Source: a virus
Taxonomy: Duplodnaviria > Caudoviricetes
Direction: 5' to 3' (one strand)
Virus record (IMG/VR): IMGVR_UViG_3300020042_010505
Location: 1 to 58,326 of that record
Length of the DNA stretch: 58,326 nucleotides
The notes under the pieces were generated by a model. It did not search any database. It was not told the DNA's origin and worked only from the letters and a program-made list of their open reading frames with translations. The translations under genes and the position numbers were made by a program. Shown here piece by piece: positions 36,881-47,319 of this stretch (the first letter of the stretch is position 1; each line of letters starts with the position of its first letter).

Positions 36881-37894
36881 ATGGGCGCTTACAAGCAATT
36901 TTTAGCAGAGGATATAATAATAACCCCCTTTGAGGTTAATAAAGGATTTACTTTTTTAGGAAATCAATTAACTGGTTCTAATGTTGGTATTAATAGATTT
37001 CTAGGAACTAACTTTTCAGGAACATTATTTAATCCATCTACAGATGCCACAACAGGTTATGACTTTTCTCAATATCAACGATTGGTATACAATTCTATTC
37101 AAGAATTATATTACTCAAACCATTTAAGTTCTTCATATAATGATAATGCTAATATAGGATACACCTTCCCGGGTACTCAACCTGAAGGAGATGTATTAGT
37201 AGGTACTAATCAGTCAACAGGAAGATATTTTAATTATAATCAATCCACGTTAACTTTTGAAAAATTATTTCCCACAGCATCTAATTCCGAAATTGCTGTT
37301 TTATCAATTCCCACTAAATTATATGGAAATTATATCCAACCTAAATCATTTACTTGGTCTACAGGAAATGGTTCAGTATATGATGATGGAGAAGGTAATT
37401 TAATCCTTTCCTCCTCAGCACAAATTTGTGGGCAAATATTTTATCCTCATGGTTTAGCTGTAATAACAACTGATAGTTTTCCTTCTCTTAATGGATATGG
37501 TGTTTCTTTATATAATGTAAACGTATATGGTCCTGGAACAGCAGCATCAACACTAGATTTTGTAACATCCTCTAATGTAACTTGCTCTTTTTCTTCCTCA
37601 CTTAACATTTATGAAACACAATATAAATGCACTTTAAGAGATAACGAATATAATTTTTCTTTAAACCCTTCATTAACTTCAGGAAGTACACAAATAACAA
37701 GTTCTATAGGTACTTTTTATACTCCTGGACAATATTTAAGTGATAATATAACCGGTTCTTCTTTTTCACCCTATATTACTACTGTTGGTTTATATGATGA
37801 ATATCAAAATTTACTAGCAATAGGAAAAATATCCCAACCTTTACCTGTTTCACCAACTACCGATACTACAATACTAATAAATATAGATAGATAA
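36881..37894 (+). CDS. Baseplate/fibre-attachment structural protein (paralogue of the upstream gene)
   Basis: C-terminal YITTVGLYDE...LLAIGKISQP. Confidence 0.75.
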   Translation: MGAYKQFLAEDIIITPFEVNKGFTFLGNQLTGSNVGINRFLGTNFSGTLFNPSTDATTGYDFSQYQRLVYNSIQELYYSNHLSSSYNDNANIGYTFPGTQPEGDVLVGTNQSTGRYFNYNQSTLTFEKLFPTASNSEIAVLSIPTKLYGNYIQPKSFTWSTGNGSVYDDGEGNLILSSSAQICGQIFYPHGLAVITTDSFPSLNGYGVSLYNVNVYGPGTAASTLDFVTSSNVTCSFSSSLNIYETQYKCTLRDNEYNFSLNPSLTSGSTQITSSIGTFYTPGQYLSDNITGSSFSPYITTVGLYDEYQNLLAIGKISQPLPVSPTTDTTILINIDR

Positions 37895-37896
37895 TT

Positions 37897-39603
37897 ATGG
37901 CAATTTTAAATTCCTCAAACATTGTAAATAATAATGTAATTCAAACTAATGATTTACTTCAATTATATAATGCTTTAAACTATACTACAACAGCCACACC
38001 TTTTCTTGCTGAAATTAGTGGTTCACTTTTAGGAACAGCTTCTTATGCTATTACTGCCTCTTATGCTCTAAATGGTGGAGGTGGAGGAGGAGGAGGAGTA
38101 ACTCAAATAATAGCAGGCCCTAATATAACTATATCCCCGGCAATAGGTACAGGATCTGTAACTATAAGTGCTTCGGGTGGTGGTGGTTCCTATTTTCCTT
38201 ATACTGGAAGTGCAATAATAACTGGCTCTCTTATTATAACAGGTTCAAATTTAGGATCAGATTTAATAGTAACAGGATCTACTTTTTCTATAGAGGGATT
38301 TACTGGATCCTTATATGGAAATGCAACGAATGCAATCGTTGCACAAGACTCAACATCTTCTTTAACTTCCTCTAAAGTTTTAATAACAAATAACAACTAA
38401 TCTGCTTATCTCTTTCCTTTAATATTTGCAAGCTCAAGTACAGCAGGAGAACAACAATTAAGTTTTGATAATGATGCAACGGGACCAAAAATTAATCCTC
38501 TTAATAATTCAATTGAAGCCTTTAGACTTACAGGATCTTTATTAGGTACTGCATCACAAGCTGCAAATGCTACTCAAGCAGCATCCTCAACTACATCCTT
38601 ATCCGCTAGCACAATTAGTAATGCTACCCCTACAGCTGGTAATTTTTTAACATTTGTAGATACAAACAATGCTACAGCAGCTTCTGAACAATTATTTACA
38701 AATGCCGGATTAACCTTTCAACCTGCAATAGCCGGTGGTACACTAATCTCAACAGTACTATCCGCATCAAATATTTCAGCATCCTCTATTCTTTCCACTT
38801 CCGGTATTACAGGATCTTTATCAGGTACATCCACATTTTCTACAACAGCAACACAAATTCAAACAACTGGAATCTCAACTGATGCATCATATTTTTTAAC
38901 ATTTGTAGATACAAACAATGGTTCCCCAACTGCAGAATTACTTTATACAGATTCAGATATCACTTATAATCCTTCTACAAATCGTTTAACAATAGCAGGA
39001 ACAGTTGGGGCAACATCATTCACAGGATCTCTTTTAGGTACTGCAACAACAGCATCTTATGTTTTAAATGCTGTAAGTTCAAGTTTTGCAACAACTGCTT
39101 CCCATGCACAAACAGCATCAGTTCCACTTTCCACTACTCAATGGATTTCCACTTCTGAGGGAACTGACACTTTATATATACCTGATGGAAGAGACATTGG
39201 AATTATATGGAATTATACAGGAAGCGCATTAGCAGAATTATATTTAAATACTAGCTCAGCTCAACTAGGAGATCAAGTCCAAATATTTCCTACATACGCA
39301 TCTAATGCAGGTCCAGGTTTGGGTTTAATGAGCATTAACTGCTCAGGTTCTACAACAACTAATACTCGTGTAATTGTTGCTGGATTAACAGCTAATCCAT
39401 CTGCACATCGAACAATATATCAAATTGGTACAACTGTATCATCACCCTTTGATCATTTTTATGCTCATCTTATTTGTGTATCTGCCTCAGCGGGGGCAAC
39501 AGGTGCATCTAACCGTACAACATGGCAATTAGTTGAGTACTCACAAAAATCAACAACATCAGGTTTATACAGATGGAGTGGTAGTATTGGAACAGAACCT
39601 TAA
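37897..39603 (+). pseudogene. Tail fibre gene interrupted by a single in-frame TAA at 38398-38400
   Basis: Frame stays open from 38401 to 39603 with fibre-like repeats (FLTFVDTNN twice; TGSLLGTATTASYVLNA shared with the long fibre). Confidence 0.8.
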
Positions 39604-39626
39604 CTAATACTTATTTATATAAATTT

Positions 39627-40088
39627 ATGTCAAATTGGTTATACAACAATAAAGAAATAATTTCCATAGAGGATTTTCCCTTAGAAACATATGGTTTTAT
39701 ATACATTACAACTCACAAATCACGTGGGATATCGTATATTGGAAAAAAATCGCTATATCACAATGTAAAACGCAAATTAACGAAGAAAGAATTAGCGGAA
39801 CAAACAGGTAGAGGTCGTAAATCTACTACTCAAGTAATACAAAAAGAAAGTGATTGGAAGACCTATTATGGTTCATGTAAACCTATTCTTGAAATATTAA
39901 AGGAAGGTAAACACGATGAGTTTACTCGCGAAATTATACAATTAGTTAATAATAAAAAATTATTAACATATTACGAGTGTAAGTATTTATTTAAATATGG
40001 TGTATTAGAAAACCCAGAGGGATGGTATAACGATTCAATCCTTGGTAAATTTTTTACACGTGACTTTGGTTTATCTAAAGAAGATTAG
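39627..40088 (+). CDS. GIY-YIG (Seg-like) endonuclease-family protein
   Basis: GFIYITT...SYIGKK, WKTYYGS, FTREI and WYN. Confidence 0.8.
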   Translation: MSNWLYNNKEIISIEDFPLETYGFIYITTHKSRGISYIGKKSLYHNVKRKLTKKELAEQTGRGRKSTTQVIQKESDWKTYYGSCKPILEILKEGKHDEFTREIIQLVNNKKLLTYYECKYLFKYGVLENPEGWYNDSILGKFFTRDFGLSKED

Positions 40089-40096
40089 TATATTAA
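40065..40096 (+). promoter_or_regulatory. Host-sigma type promoter for primase
   Basis: TTTG-N20-TATATTAA ending 4 nt before ATG 40101. Confidence 0.55.
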
Positions 40097-40100
40097 TACT

Positions 40101-41030
40101 ATGATAAACCAAACCCTAGTAGCACTAACTAATTCTGTGCTTGGTACTAGTAAGTCAACATCTCGAGGAAATTATGCATATCATTGTCCTCTATGCAATC
40201 ACCATAAACCTAAATTAGAGATTAACTTTACTGAAAATATTAAAGGAGAAAATCAATGGCATTGTTGGGTTTGTGATAAAAAAGGTAAAAAATTATACCA
40301 ATTATTTAAAGCAGTAGAAACATCACCTGAAAAAATGGCTGAGTTAAAAGCTATTGTAAAATACACAGGACCGGAATCACACATACAAGTTGAAACTAAA
40401 TTAGAACTTCCAAAAGAATTTAAACTTTTAAACAATATTCACCCCTCAGATATTACAGCAAGACATGCTTTATCATATATTAAATCTCGAGGTATTACCG
40501 AAGAGGATATTTTAAAATATGGAATTGGTTATTGTGAACAAGGACGTTATGCTAATATGATTATTATCCCCTCCTATGATGCTAAAGGTAATATAAATTA
40601 CTTTACAGGTCGTTCATTTGGAAAACAATCCACAATAAAATATAAAAACCCTACAGTATCTCGTGACATTATACCATTTGAGTTGTTTATAAATTGGGAA
40701 TTACCGCTTATATTGTGTGAAGGACCATTTGATGCCATCTCCATTAAAAGAAATGTAATACCGCTACTAGGCAAAAATATACAATCAAATTTAATGAAAA
40801 AAATTGTAATGTCTTCTGTAGAAAAAATTTATATAGCTTTAGATAAAGATGCTCAAAAACAAGCATTAAATTTTTGTGAGCGTTTAATGAATGAAGGTAA
40901 AGAAGTTTATCTCGTAGATATGAATGATAAAGATCCAAGCGAAATGGGGTTCGCTAGTTTTACTAATTTAATACAAGAAACCTACCCCTTAACATTCTCG
41001 GGATTACTCGAGAAAAAACTTTTCCTATGA
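40101..41030 (+). CDS. DNA primase (DnaG-type Zn finger plus TOPRIM)
   Basis: CPLCNHHKPKL...HCWVC; FTGR; LCEGPFDA; ALDKDA; KDPSE. Confidence 0.9.
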   Translation: MINQTLVALTNSVLGTSKSTSRGNYAYHCPLCNHHKPKLEINFTENIKGENQWHCWVCDKKGKKLYQLFKAVETSPEKMAELKAIVKYTGPESHIQVETKLELPKEFKLLNNIHPSDITARHALSYIKSRGITEEDILKYGIGYCEQGRYANMIIIPSYDAKGNINYFTGRSFGKQSTIKYKNPTVSRDIIPFELFINWELPLILCEGPFDAISIKRNVIPLLGKNIQSNLMKKIVMSSVEKIYIALDKDAQKQALNFCERLMNEGKEVYLVDMNDKDPSEMGFASFTNLIQETYPLTFSGLLEKKLFL

Positions 41031-41800
41031 AAAAAAGAAACATTAAGTATGTTAATAACAGAATTTTAGAAATTTCAGAAGACTCAAAACAAATCACCCT
41101 TCCAGATTCAAGATATTATAGACGAAATGGTGAATATTATCCTTCAATTACTCATGTTTTAGGTTCATATCCAAAAGGTAAACATTTTGAGGAATGGTTA
41201 AAAAATATGGGCCGTTCAGCTGATTATATTGTTAGAAAAGCAGCAGAAGATGGAACTAAAGTTCATGAAATGATAGAAGAATATTTAGAAGGTAAAGAAA
41301 TGAACTTTTTAAATCAATTTGGCAATCCACAATTTGATCCTAATATTTGGCAAATGTTTTTACGCTTTGTTGATTTTTGGGAAACTCAAAAACCTGAATT
41401 AATTGACCAAGAAATCCATCTATATTCTGATACTCTTAAAGTAGCAGGAACAACAGATTTAGTGTGTAAAATAGGTAATGACTTATGGATTATTGACCAT
41501 AAAACCTCTAATCATATTCAAACAACCCATGAATTACAAGCAGCAGTTTATGCTCATTGTTATGAAGAATGTTTTGGTATTAAACCTGATAAAACTGGTA
41601 TCTTATGGTTAAAATCATCTAAACGTAAAGGTTCAAAAGATAAAATGCAAGGTAAAGGGTGGGAAATGGTTTTACCAGTACGCACACAAGAGGAAAATAT
41701 TGAAATCTTTAAAACAGTAAAACGTTTATTTGATTTAGAAAATCCAAATGAGGCCCCTGTATTCACAGAATTCAAAACCCAAGTAAAAAAACAAGACTAA
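41027..41800 (+). CDS. PD-(D/E)xK exonuclease
   Basis: YPSIT, GTKVH, AGTTDL, IIDHKTS and LQAAVY. Confidence 0.88.
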   Translation: MKKRNIKYVNNRILEISEDSKQITLPDSRYYRRNGEYYPSITHVLGSYPKGKHFEEWLKNMGRSADYIVRKAAEDGTKVHEMIEEYLEGKEMNFLNQFGNPQFDPNIWQMFLRFVDFWETQKPELIDQEIHLYSDTLKVAGTTDLVCKIGNDLWIIDHKTSNHIQTTHELQAAVYAHCYEECFGIKPDKTGILWLKSSKRKGSKDKMQGKGWEMVLPVRTQEENIEIFKTVKRLFDLENPNEAPVFTEFKTQVKKQD

Positions 41801-41817
41801 AATTATCATATAAAAAA

Positions 41818-41849
41818 TTTGGAGGAGCAAAAATTTTTTCGTACATTTA
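41818..41849 (+). promoter_or_regulatory. Early promoter
   Basis: TTTG-N20-TACATTTA; AAGGTT-ATG downstream. Confidence 0.75.
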
Positions 41850-41867
41850 TTCATATAAATTAAGGTT

Positions 41868-42116
41868 ATGAATTTAAACAGAAATGGTTTTACTCCACGC
41901 TACCAGGTAAATGATAATTTAAATAAATTAATTGGACGTGTTTTAAAAACTAACATTTTCCCAACATTTTTAGGAAGATTAATCTATATTGAAAAGGACA
42001 GATGTTATTTTGAAATATTACCTAATCCTGAATGGCCTAAATATAATAAATGTGCTGGAAATATAGAATATATAACTGATCATCACGTTATTACAATGAA
42101 ATTCGAGGAAGAATAA
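41868..42116 (+). CDS. Hypothetical protein (isolated early-type cassette)
   Basis: 82-aa ORF with its own promoter. Confidence 0.75.
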   Translation: MNLNRNGFTPRYQVNDNLNKLIGRVLKTNIFPTFLGRLIYIEKDRCYFEILPNPEWPKYNKCAGNIEYITDHHVITMKFEEE

Positions 42117-42135
42117 TAACGTTAGATGTTTTGCC

Positions 42136-42144
42136 ATATTTATA
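42136..42144 (+). promoter_or_regulatory. Putative late promoter motif ATATTTATA
   Basis: Heads the leader-bearing gene cluster. Confidence 0.55.
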
Positions 42145-42157
42145 ATAAACTTAATCA

Positions 42158-42919
42158 ATGATTGGGCTGATGTCTCTTTTAAAAGAAATCCAAGGAAAAC
42201 CAAAAGCCATATTTATGGCAGGTCCTGCGGGTTCAGGTAAATCATTTATATCTCAAAAATTAGTTCCTTCCAATTTTACTACTATTAATGTAGATGACAC
42301 CTATGAGGAACTACTTAAATCCTCAGGTATTGGAATGAAATTAGCCTTAATGTCTCCGGATGAATTAAAAAAATCAGGTGAGTTAATGGGTCAAGCAAGA
42401 AGAACTACAGACACTAAACTTCAAGATGCTTCTCAAAATGCTAAAAATTTATTAATTGATAGTGTAGGGGGTTCATCTAAAATGCTACTTAGGAAAAGAG
42501 ATGAATTAGAGAATTTAGGTTACGACACGTTTATGTTAATGACTTATGTATCTCCTATAACTTCATTAGAACGTAATAAAAATAGAGACAGATCTTTATT
42601 ACCAAGTATTGTAATTAGATCCTGGCGTGATGTTAATAACAATGTTAATACATACAGACAAGCATTTAATGATGATTTTACAATAGTAAATTTAAACCTA
42701 GAAGATGCTAATTTAAATTTTGATGCAGAATATATTTTTAAAACATATATTCAACCTTTAGGACAAATAGGTAAAGAAAAAACTCCTGAAGAAAAAGAAA
42801 AATCAAAAATAGAAGTTAATCAAATCTACGCAGACATAAAACAATTACTATCAAATCAACCCGAATTTGATACTATAGAACAAGCAAAAACAAAAATCAC
42901 TAAATTTATAAACAAATGA
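42158..42919 (+). CDS. P-loop kinase (zeta toxin/AAA_33-like) with leader
   Basis: MIGLMSLLKE; AIFMAGPAGSGKS; INVDD; SLERNKNRDR lid. Confidence 0.85.
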   Translation: MIGLMSLLKEIQGKPKAIFMAGPAGSGKSFISQKLVPSNFTTINVDDTYEELLKSSGIGMKLALMSPDELKKSGELMGQARRTTDTKLQDASQNAKNLLIDSVGGSSKMLLRKRDELENLGYDTFMLMTYVSPITSLERNKNRDRSLLPSIVIRSWRDVNNNVNTYRQAFNDDFTIVNLNLEDANLNFDAEYIFKTYIQPLGQIGKEKTPEEKEKSKIEVNQIYADIKQLLSNQPEFDTIEQAKTKITKFINK

Positions 42920-43287
42920 AATTATTAGACTTATTAAACGAAGTAGAACAAAAAGAAAAACCAACAGTAAAGTATGATGCAAAAGAAGAACCAACATCTG
43001 TAATAGATGAAGTTGGTAAGTTTTTTGTTGTTAAAAAACCAAGTAAAGATTCTAAAAAAGAAGGTATGGTATATGAAGCTACTGTATTTGATGAAATTAA
43101 AAGGGATGAAACTAAAGGTGTTTACAAAAACAAATCTGAAGCAAATCGCCACGCTGCCGAAGCCTTAAAAGAATATGACATGCAACTTAAAGAAATGGAA
43201 GATGCTATGGAAGCTTATCGCAGTGCTAAAAAAGACATAGAAGAAAAGAAAAACTCAGCAAAAGAAAAAATTCAAAAGCTTAAATAA
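42916..43287 (+). CDS. Hypothetical protein with leader
   Basis: MKLLDLLNE; C-terminal coiled coil. Confidence 0.85.
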   Translation: MKLLDLLNEVEQKEKPTVKYDAKEEPTSVIDEVGKFFVVKKPSKDSKKEGMVYEATVFDEIKRDETKGVYKNKSEANRHAAEALKEYDMQLKEMEDAMEAYRSAKKDIEEKKNSAKEKIQKLK

Positions 43288-43289
43288 TA

Positions 43290-45911
43290 ATGAATTCATT
43301 AACAAAAGTCTTATTAGAAGATCTTTTGGACGCGGATAATAAAAAAGTAACCGCTATATATGGTGGAGGATTTAAACCTCCTACTAAAGGTCACTTTGAT
43401 GTTGTTGCTAAAGCATCCGAACAAAACCCAGAAATTGATGACATTTTAATTTATGTTGGAGGTGGTGAACGTGATGGAATTTCTCAAGGTGAATCTATTC
43501 AAATTTGGGAATTATATAAAAAATATCTTCCAATTAAAACTGTAATAGAACCAGTAAATGCACCTATAGGTAGTATTTTACGTTATGCTAAAGAACATCC
43601 TGAAGAAACAGTACTTTGGATAATAGGTGCTCGTGAAAATAATCCTGAAGATTTTGCTGATATTTCTTCTAGAACTAGAACATTAGAAAAATATCCAAAC
43701 TTACAATTACGTGTTATTCAAACATCAGGTGGTGTTAGTGGAACAGCAGCTCGTAATGCAGTTAAAAACAATAATAAAGACCAATTTTTTTATTTAATCC
43801 CAGACATTCCCGAAAAGGAACAAGTATGGGATATTGTATCTCCTGTTGTTAAAGAAGAAAAAATAACCGAAGTAGGCGAAGCAAATCTATCTCCCTATAA
43901 GTGGAAAGAAGTTGATAAAAACGGTTGGGTTACTTTTATTGAATTTACAACAGAAAGTGAAACTAAATATAGGGTAAATTTAACAACTGTAGAAATTGTA
44001 GATCCTGAAGGTGGAAATATAAATCTTGAAGCTATAGATATTGAATTTTCCGCAAAACCTAAAGGAGCTGAAGGTTCTTCATCTAAAATAGTAGTTAATA
44101 AAGGTGAAATATATAAAGTAATGTCTACTCTAACAGCTATAATTAAACATTACGTAAAGGAAATTGAAGCTAAAGCTATAATATATTCCCCATCTAAAAA
44201 ATCAGATGAGGAAGATTTTGGTACTCAAAGAGACAATCTATATAAAGCATTTATTTCTAAAGCCATACCAGGAGCAAAATTTACTAATTCTAAAAACAAT
44301 ATAATAGCAATTTTACCTAATTCAGTTAATGAATTAGTAACAGATACAGAAGTTATTTGTGATAATTGTGATTGGAAATGGCCTATAGCAGATGGTGGAG
44401 ATGATTTATATATCTGCCATAAGTGTGGACACGATAATAATCCTGAATTACAAGAAGGTAGAAAAAAGAAACCTGACCCTAAAAAAGGAACAGGTAAAAA
44501 ACCTGAAAAATCCGGCCGTAGATTATACACCGATGAAGACCCTAAAGATACAGTTAGTATTAAATTTAAAACTAAAGAAGATATAGTTGATACTTTAAAT
44601 AAAAAACAATTTAAAGCTAAATCTCATGCTCGTCAATCTCAAGTAATTAATCTAATCCATCAACGAGTAAGAGCATCATATAACAAATCAAAAGACCCTG
44701 AAGTAAGATCAAGATTAAAACGTGCTTTAGATTATATTGAAAAACGTAAAGAAATGTCTAAAAAGAAAACAGAGCGTTTACGTAAAATGAAAGAATCATT
44801 TGAATTACAAGAAGAAATAAATCCCTCTACTAAATTAAAATCTAATATTATTAATGAAGGTCGTTACGATAGTATTTCAAGACAATTAGCTAGTTATACT
44901 CTTAAAGGTTGGAAAGATGATTTTGAACACAATGAACCTACCGGAAGAGTAGAATTTGCAGTTGGCCCTGATGGAGATTTAGAATATGAGGATTTAAAAT
45001 TTTCATATAAAGGTGTAGCAGTATTTGCAGGTATTCAAACATATTCATATAATGGATCAGCTAGGTTAACCTCAGGAGAAATAAAAATAACCTATTCCAT
45101 TCCAAAAAGTATGCTCCCCCAAGGTTGGGAAAAAATTTATATGGATTTAATTTCTGTTATTCGCCATGAAATTGAACATCTAACCCAAGGTGGTATCAAT
45201 GTAAAACCAGGTAAAGAAATTTTAGATCTCCCTCTTAGACGTTTAGTTATTAAATATCCTGATACTTTAAGATATATACTTTTACCCTCAGAAAAAGATG
45301 CAAATGTTCAAGGTTTATATTTAAAAGCTAAAAAATCAAGACGTCCTTATGCTGAAGTAGTAGATGAGTATATTAGAGATTTACTTAAAATTACTAATAA
45401 AAATGATGTTGATATTCTTAAAGGAATGTATGATAAAAGAGCAAAGGAATTAAATTTACCTGCTATTTTAGAAAATGATTTCTTTGGTTTAAATAAATTA
45501 TCAAGACAATTTATTAAAGAAGCTTTAATAGAAACTTGGAATCCTAAGGAATCTTTTGTATCTTTATCTAAATATATGATAGACAATGGAATGAATATCA
45601 AACCATTACCTAAAATTAAGATAATTTCAAATGATAAAGAAAATGCTTCTAATCTTTTAGGTAAAACTGCTTATTATAATCCAAATGATAAATCTATTAC
45701 TTTATATACTAAAGATAGACACCCAAAAGATATATGTCGTTCATTTACTCATGAAATGGTACACCACGAACAAAATTTAGAGGGTAGGTTAAATAATATC
45801 AACACAACAAATACCAATGAAGACGGAGCATTACCTGAAATTGAAAAAGAAGCTTACGAAAAAGGAAATATGATGTTACGTAATTGGGAGGATAGTATAA
45901 AAAATGTATAG
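43290..45911 (+). CDS. Polyvalent protein: HxGH-type nucleotidyltransferase, Zn ribbon, basic module and two HExxH peptidase-like domains
   Basis: GGFKPPTKGH and SGTAAR; CDNC/CHKC; RHEIEH; THEMVH. Confidence 0.85.
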   Translation: MNSLTKVLLEDLLDADNKKVTAIYGGGFKPPTKGHFDVVAKASEQNPEIDDILIYVGGGERDGISQGESIQIWELYKKYLPIKTVIEPVNAPIGSILRYAKEHPEETVLWIIGARENNPEDFADISSRTRTLEKYPNLQLRVIQTSGGVSGTAARNAVKNNNKDQFFYLIPDIPEKEQVWDIVSPVVKEEKITEVGEANLSPYKWKEVDKNGWVTFIEFTTESETKYRVNLTTVEIVDPEGGNINLEAIDIEFSAKPKGAEGSSSKIVVNKGEIYKVMSTLTAIIKHYVKEIEAKAIIYSPSKKSDEEDFGTQRDNLYKAFISKAIPGAKFTNSKNNIIAILPNSVNELVTDTEVICDNCDWKWPIADGGDDLYICHKCGHDNNPELQEGRKKKPDPKKGTGKKPEKSGRRLYTDEDPKDTVSIKFKTKEDIVDTLNKKQFKAKSHARQSQVINLIHQRVRASYNKSKDPEVRSRLKRALDYIEKRKEMSKKKTERLRKMKESFELQEEINPSTKLKSNIINEGRYDSISRQLASYTLKGWKDDFEHNEPTGRVEFAVGPDGDLEYEDLKFSYKGVAVFAGIQTYSYNGSARLTSGEIKITYSIPKSMLPQGWEKIYMDLISVIRHEIEHLTQGGINVKPGKEILDLPLRRLVIKYPDTLRYILLPSEKDANVQGLYLKAKKSRRPYAEVVDEYIRDLLKITNKNDVDILKGMYDKRAKELNLPAILENDFFGLNKLSRQFIKEALIETWNPKESFVSLSKYMIDNGMNIKPLPKIKIISNDKENASNLLGKTAYYNPNDKSITLYTKDRHPKDICRSFTHEMVHHEQNLEGRLNNINTTNTNEDGALPEIEKEAYEKGNMMLRNWEDSIKNV

Positions 45912-46443
45912 GTTAACAGATTTATATAAACAAATTAAAGAGGAATCAACAGAACCTTCTCAACCGCAATATAAAATTTATTGTGATATGGATGGTGTTT
46001 TAACTGATTTTGATGAAAACTTTAAATCTTTAAACCTAAAAAATTTATCCCCAGATCAATATAAAAGTAAATATGGTATAGAAAAATTTTGGGATTTTAT
46101 AGACATTGATAATAAACTTAAGTTTTGGACTGAAATGAAATGGATGCCTGATGGAAAAGAATTATGGGATGCTATTAAAGATAAAAATCCAACTATATTA
46201 TCGGCTCCCTCAAAAAGTCCCTCTTCTCGTTTAGGAAAAAGATTATGGATTGGTAATAATATTCCCGGAACACCTTTAATTTTAGCATCAGCTGAATCAA
46301 AAAAGAATTATGCTAGAAAAGATGCAATACTTATAGACGATAGAATTTCAAATATTAATGATTGGAACAATGCCGGTGGTATTGGAATTCTTCATACTTC
46401 AACATCATCAACATTAACTAAATTAAGCAAATATGGCCTTTAG
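45904..46443 (+). CDS. HAD-family 5'(3')-deoxyribonucleotidase-like protein with leader
   Basis: IYCDMDGVLTDF, ILSAP and LIDD; N-terminus MYRLTDLYKQIKEE. Confidence 0.88.
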   Translation: MYRLTDLYKQIKEESTEPSQPQYKIYCDMDGVLTDFDENFKSLNLKNLSPDQYKSKYGIEKFWDFIDIDNKLKFWTEMKWMPDGKELWDAIKDKNPTILSAPSKSPSSRLGKRLWIGNNIPGTPLILASAESKKNYARKDAILIDDRISNINDWNNAGGIGILHTSTSSTLTKLSKYGL

Positions 46444-46744
46444 AAGAGTAATCATTAGTGGAGAAAAAATAAATGACACCAAATCAGATTTAGAAGGCTT
46501 TTTCACTACAAGAGTATTCCAAACTAATTACCCTGGATTAAAACATAAAATAATTGTTTCTCCTTTTAAAGAAGACACACTTATAATAGATGTGAATGGG
46601 GATGGAGCAGATACAGTATCTAAAAAAATTAAAGATATTGGTATAAAATATAAAATGAAAGTTTTAATTAAAGTAGAAAAACCAATGTCAGCAGTTAATG
46701 AAGCAAAATTAACTAACATTATTAAAGATATATTAAAAAAATGA
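46433..46744 (+). CDS. Hypothetical protein
   Basis: 103 aa; C-terminal VNE-AKLTNIIKDIL leader-like helix. Confidence 0.75.
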   Translation: MAFRRVIISGEKINDTKSDLEGFFTTRVFQTNYPGLKHKIIVSPFKEDTLIIDVNGDGADTVSKKIKDIGIKYKMKVLIKVEKPMSAVNEAKLTNIIKDILKK

Positions 46745-47313
46745 GTAAAGATTCAGTTTTAAAAAAAGAGTTTAAACAACGTGATGTACAACGTCTTCGT
46801 AACCTTGTTCAAGGTAAATATGGCGAAAGTACTACTATGGGAACCGGTTATACAAAAACTAAAGAATTTCATAGTGAAGGAGATAAATGGGAAGAAGATG
46901 GAAGAACTTGGGTTATTAAAAATGGCTTAAAACAAAATATTACAAAATTAGATAAGGCAAAAGAAGGTATCGTTTTACCTTTATTTTGCCCTTCTTGTTC
47001 TCGTACTATGAAACCCCATTTAGATAAAAGATGGTTTGTAATGTATGGACATTGCTTTAATTGTCAAGTAGATTTTGAATCAAATTTAAGAAAACAAGGT
47101 AAATTACAAGAATTTGAAGATCAAGTAGTTAATTCAAATATTGAAGGTGTAACTAAAGATCTTGAAGTTTGGTTTAATGAATTAATTAATGAAAAACAAG
47201 AATTTATCACTGAATCCGGGGATATTGAAAATTGGGAAGGTTCTGGAAAACAACATTTATTAAAATATAAAAAGGAAGCTTTAGAATTTTTACAAAAACA
47301 AAAAAGAAAATAA
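46741..47313 (+). CDS. Zinc-finger hypothetical protein
   Basis: CPSC...HCFNC; GDKWEEDGRTW. Confidence 0.85.
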   Translation: MSKDSVLKKEFKQRDVQRLRNLVQGKYGESTTMGTGYTKTKEFHSEGDKWEEDGRTWVIKNGLKQNITKLDKAKEGIVLPLFCPSCSRTMKPHLDKRWFVMYGHCFNCQVDFESNLRKQGKLQEFEDQVVNSNIEGVTKDLEVWFNELINEKQEFITESGDIENWEGSGKQHLLKYKKEALEFLQKQKRK

Positions 47314-47319
47314 TTAAAA

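Noticed and set aside
38398-38400. Genome-wide stop-codon reassignment
   Set aside because: TAA ends most genes, TAG and TGA also terminate genes, and other long genes are intact under the standard code.
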